Source of the DNA: Blepharisma stoltei ATCC 30299
Lineage: Eukaryota; Protista; Ciliophora
Length of the DNA stretch: 64,000 bases
Direction: 5' to 3'
Assembly: GCA_965603825.1 (NCBI GenBank)
Contig: CBFDEM010000057.1
Coordinates: 682,001-746,000, forward strand
The position numbers and the translations under genes were made by a program. Below are positions 63,653 to 64,000 of this stretch, one piece after another (within the stretch, counting starts at the first letter, position 1; every line of letters begins with the position of its first letter). The notes beneath the pieces are model-generated. The model worked only from the letters and a program-made list of their open reading frames with translations. It was not told the DNA's origin and searched no databases.

Positions 63653-64000
63653 TTACGATAAATATTTGCTGGGATGACTTCCACGTCTATGTTTATCAAC
63701 TTTTTCTGTAAGCATTTCATACTGATTATTTATCCACCCTTCTTCATGTTTAACAAGAACTGTCTGGTTTCTTGCAACCAATCTTCGAGCATTCCAATAC
63801 GCCTCATTGTGCTTCAGCTGATTTATAATATTTTCTTCTATTTCCCTTGAATTTACAACGTTATTCATAGCTGAAAATAAAGGAAGTGCAATATTTTTAA
63901 TAAACCCAGACTGAGATTTGGCTATATCAGTTGTTTCTTTATCACAGTACATAGAAACAGGCAGTCCCAAGGATTTTTCTATGTCGCCTTGTGTAAAAAA
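63653..64000 (-). CDS. class I cyclic-nucleotide phosphodiesterase, C-terminal part (runs off the window)
   Basis: FTQGDIEKSLGLPVSMYCDKETTDIAKSQSGFIKNIALPLF..NEAYW. Confidence 0.85.
   Translation of the reverse strand, partial: FFTQGDIEKSLGLPVSMYCDKETTDIAKSQSGFIKNIALPLFSAMNNVVNSREIEENIINQLKHNEAYWNARRLVARNQTVLVKHEEGWINNQYEMLTEKVDKHRRGSHPSKYLS

Overview
This is gene-dense, AT-rich nuclear DNA from a heterotrich ciliate, most likely Blepharisma macronuclear DNA. Two observations support this. TGA reads as Trp, which is why the supplied ORF track fragments most genes. Several genes also carry 15/16-nt GTA...AG introns with an invariant A six nt from the 3' end. Re-read with this code, the window holds about 41 intact genes, including Mei2-like, two PP2C, CDPK, INO80, ODAD1, SEC63, a 7TM-RGS, RPB9, PKA-C, aminopeptidase N, SNF1/AMPK, dynamin, importin-alpha-like, CABLES-like, PEX11, USP and a partial PDE. 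Three accessory elements stand out. (1) A ~1.35-kb apparently bacterial insert (~9215-10560) contains a decayed IS630 transposase, an IS3 transposase fragment and an intact Sel1-like ORF ending in a CaaX box, which looks like endosymbiont DNA in the host genome. (2) A monomeric B12-dependent class II ribonucleotide reductase with a mutated active-site loop (GGPPCLEQ) lies 57 bp upstream of a uridine kinase. (3) A tandem cluster of five signal-peptide-bearing, bacterial MGT-type UDP-glycosyltransferases lacks the canonical dyad Asp; its duplication breakpoints and captured pseudogenes (dynamin 3' half, an inverted USP relic) are still readable. A 15-nt intron also splits the SNF1/AMPK start codon. 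All family assignments come from motif recognition by eye; no database search was run.
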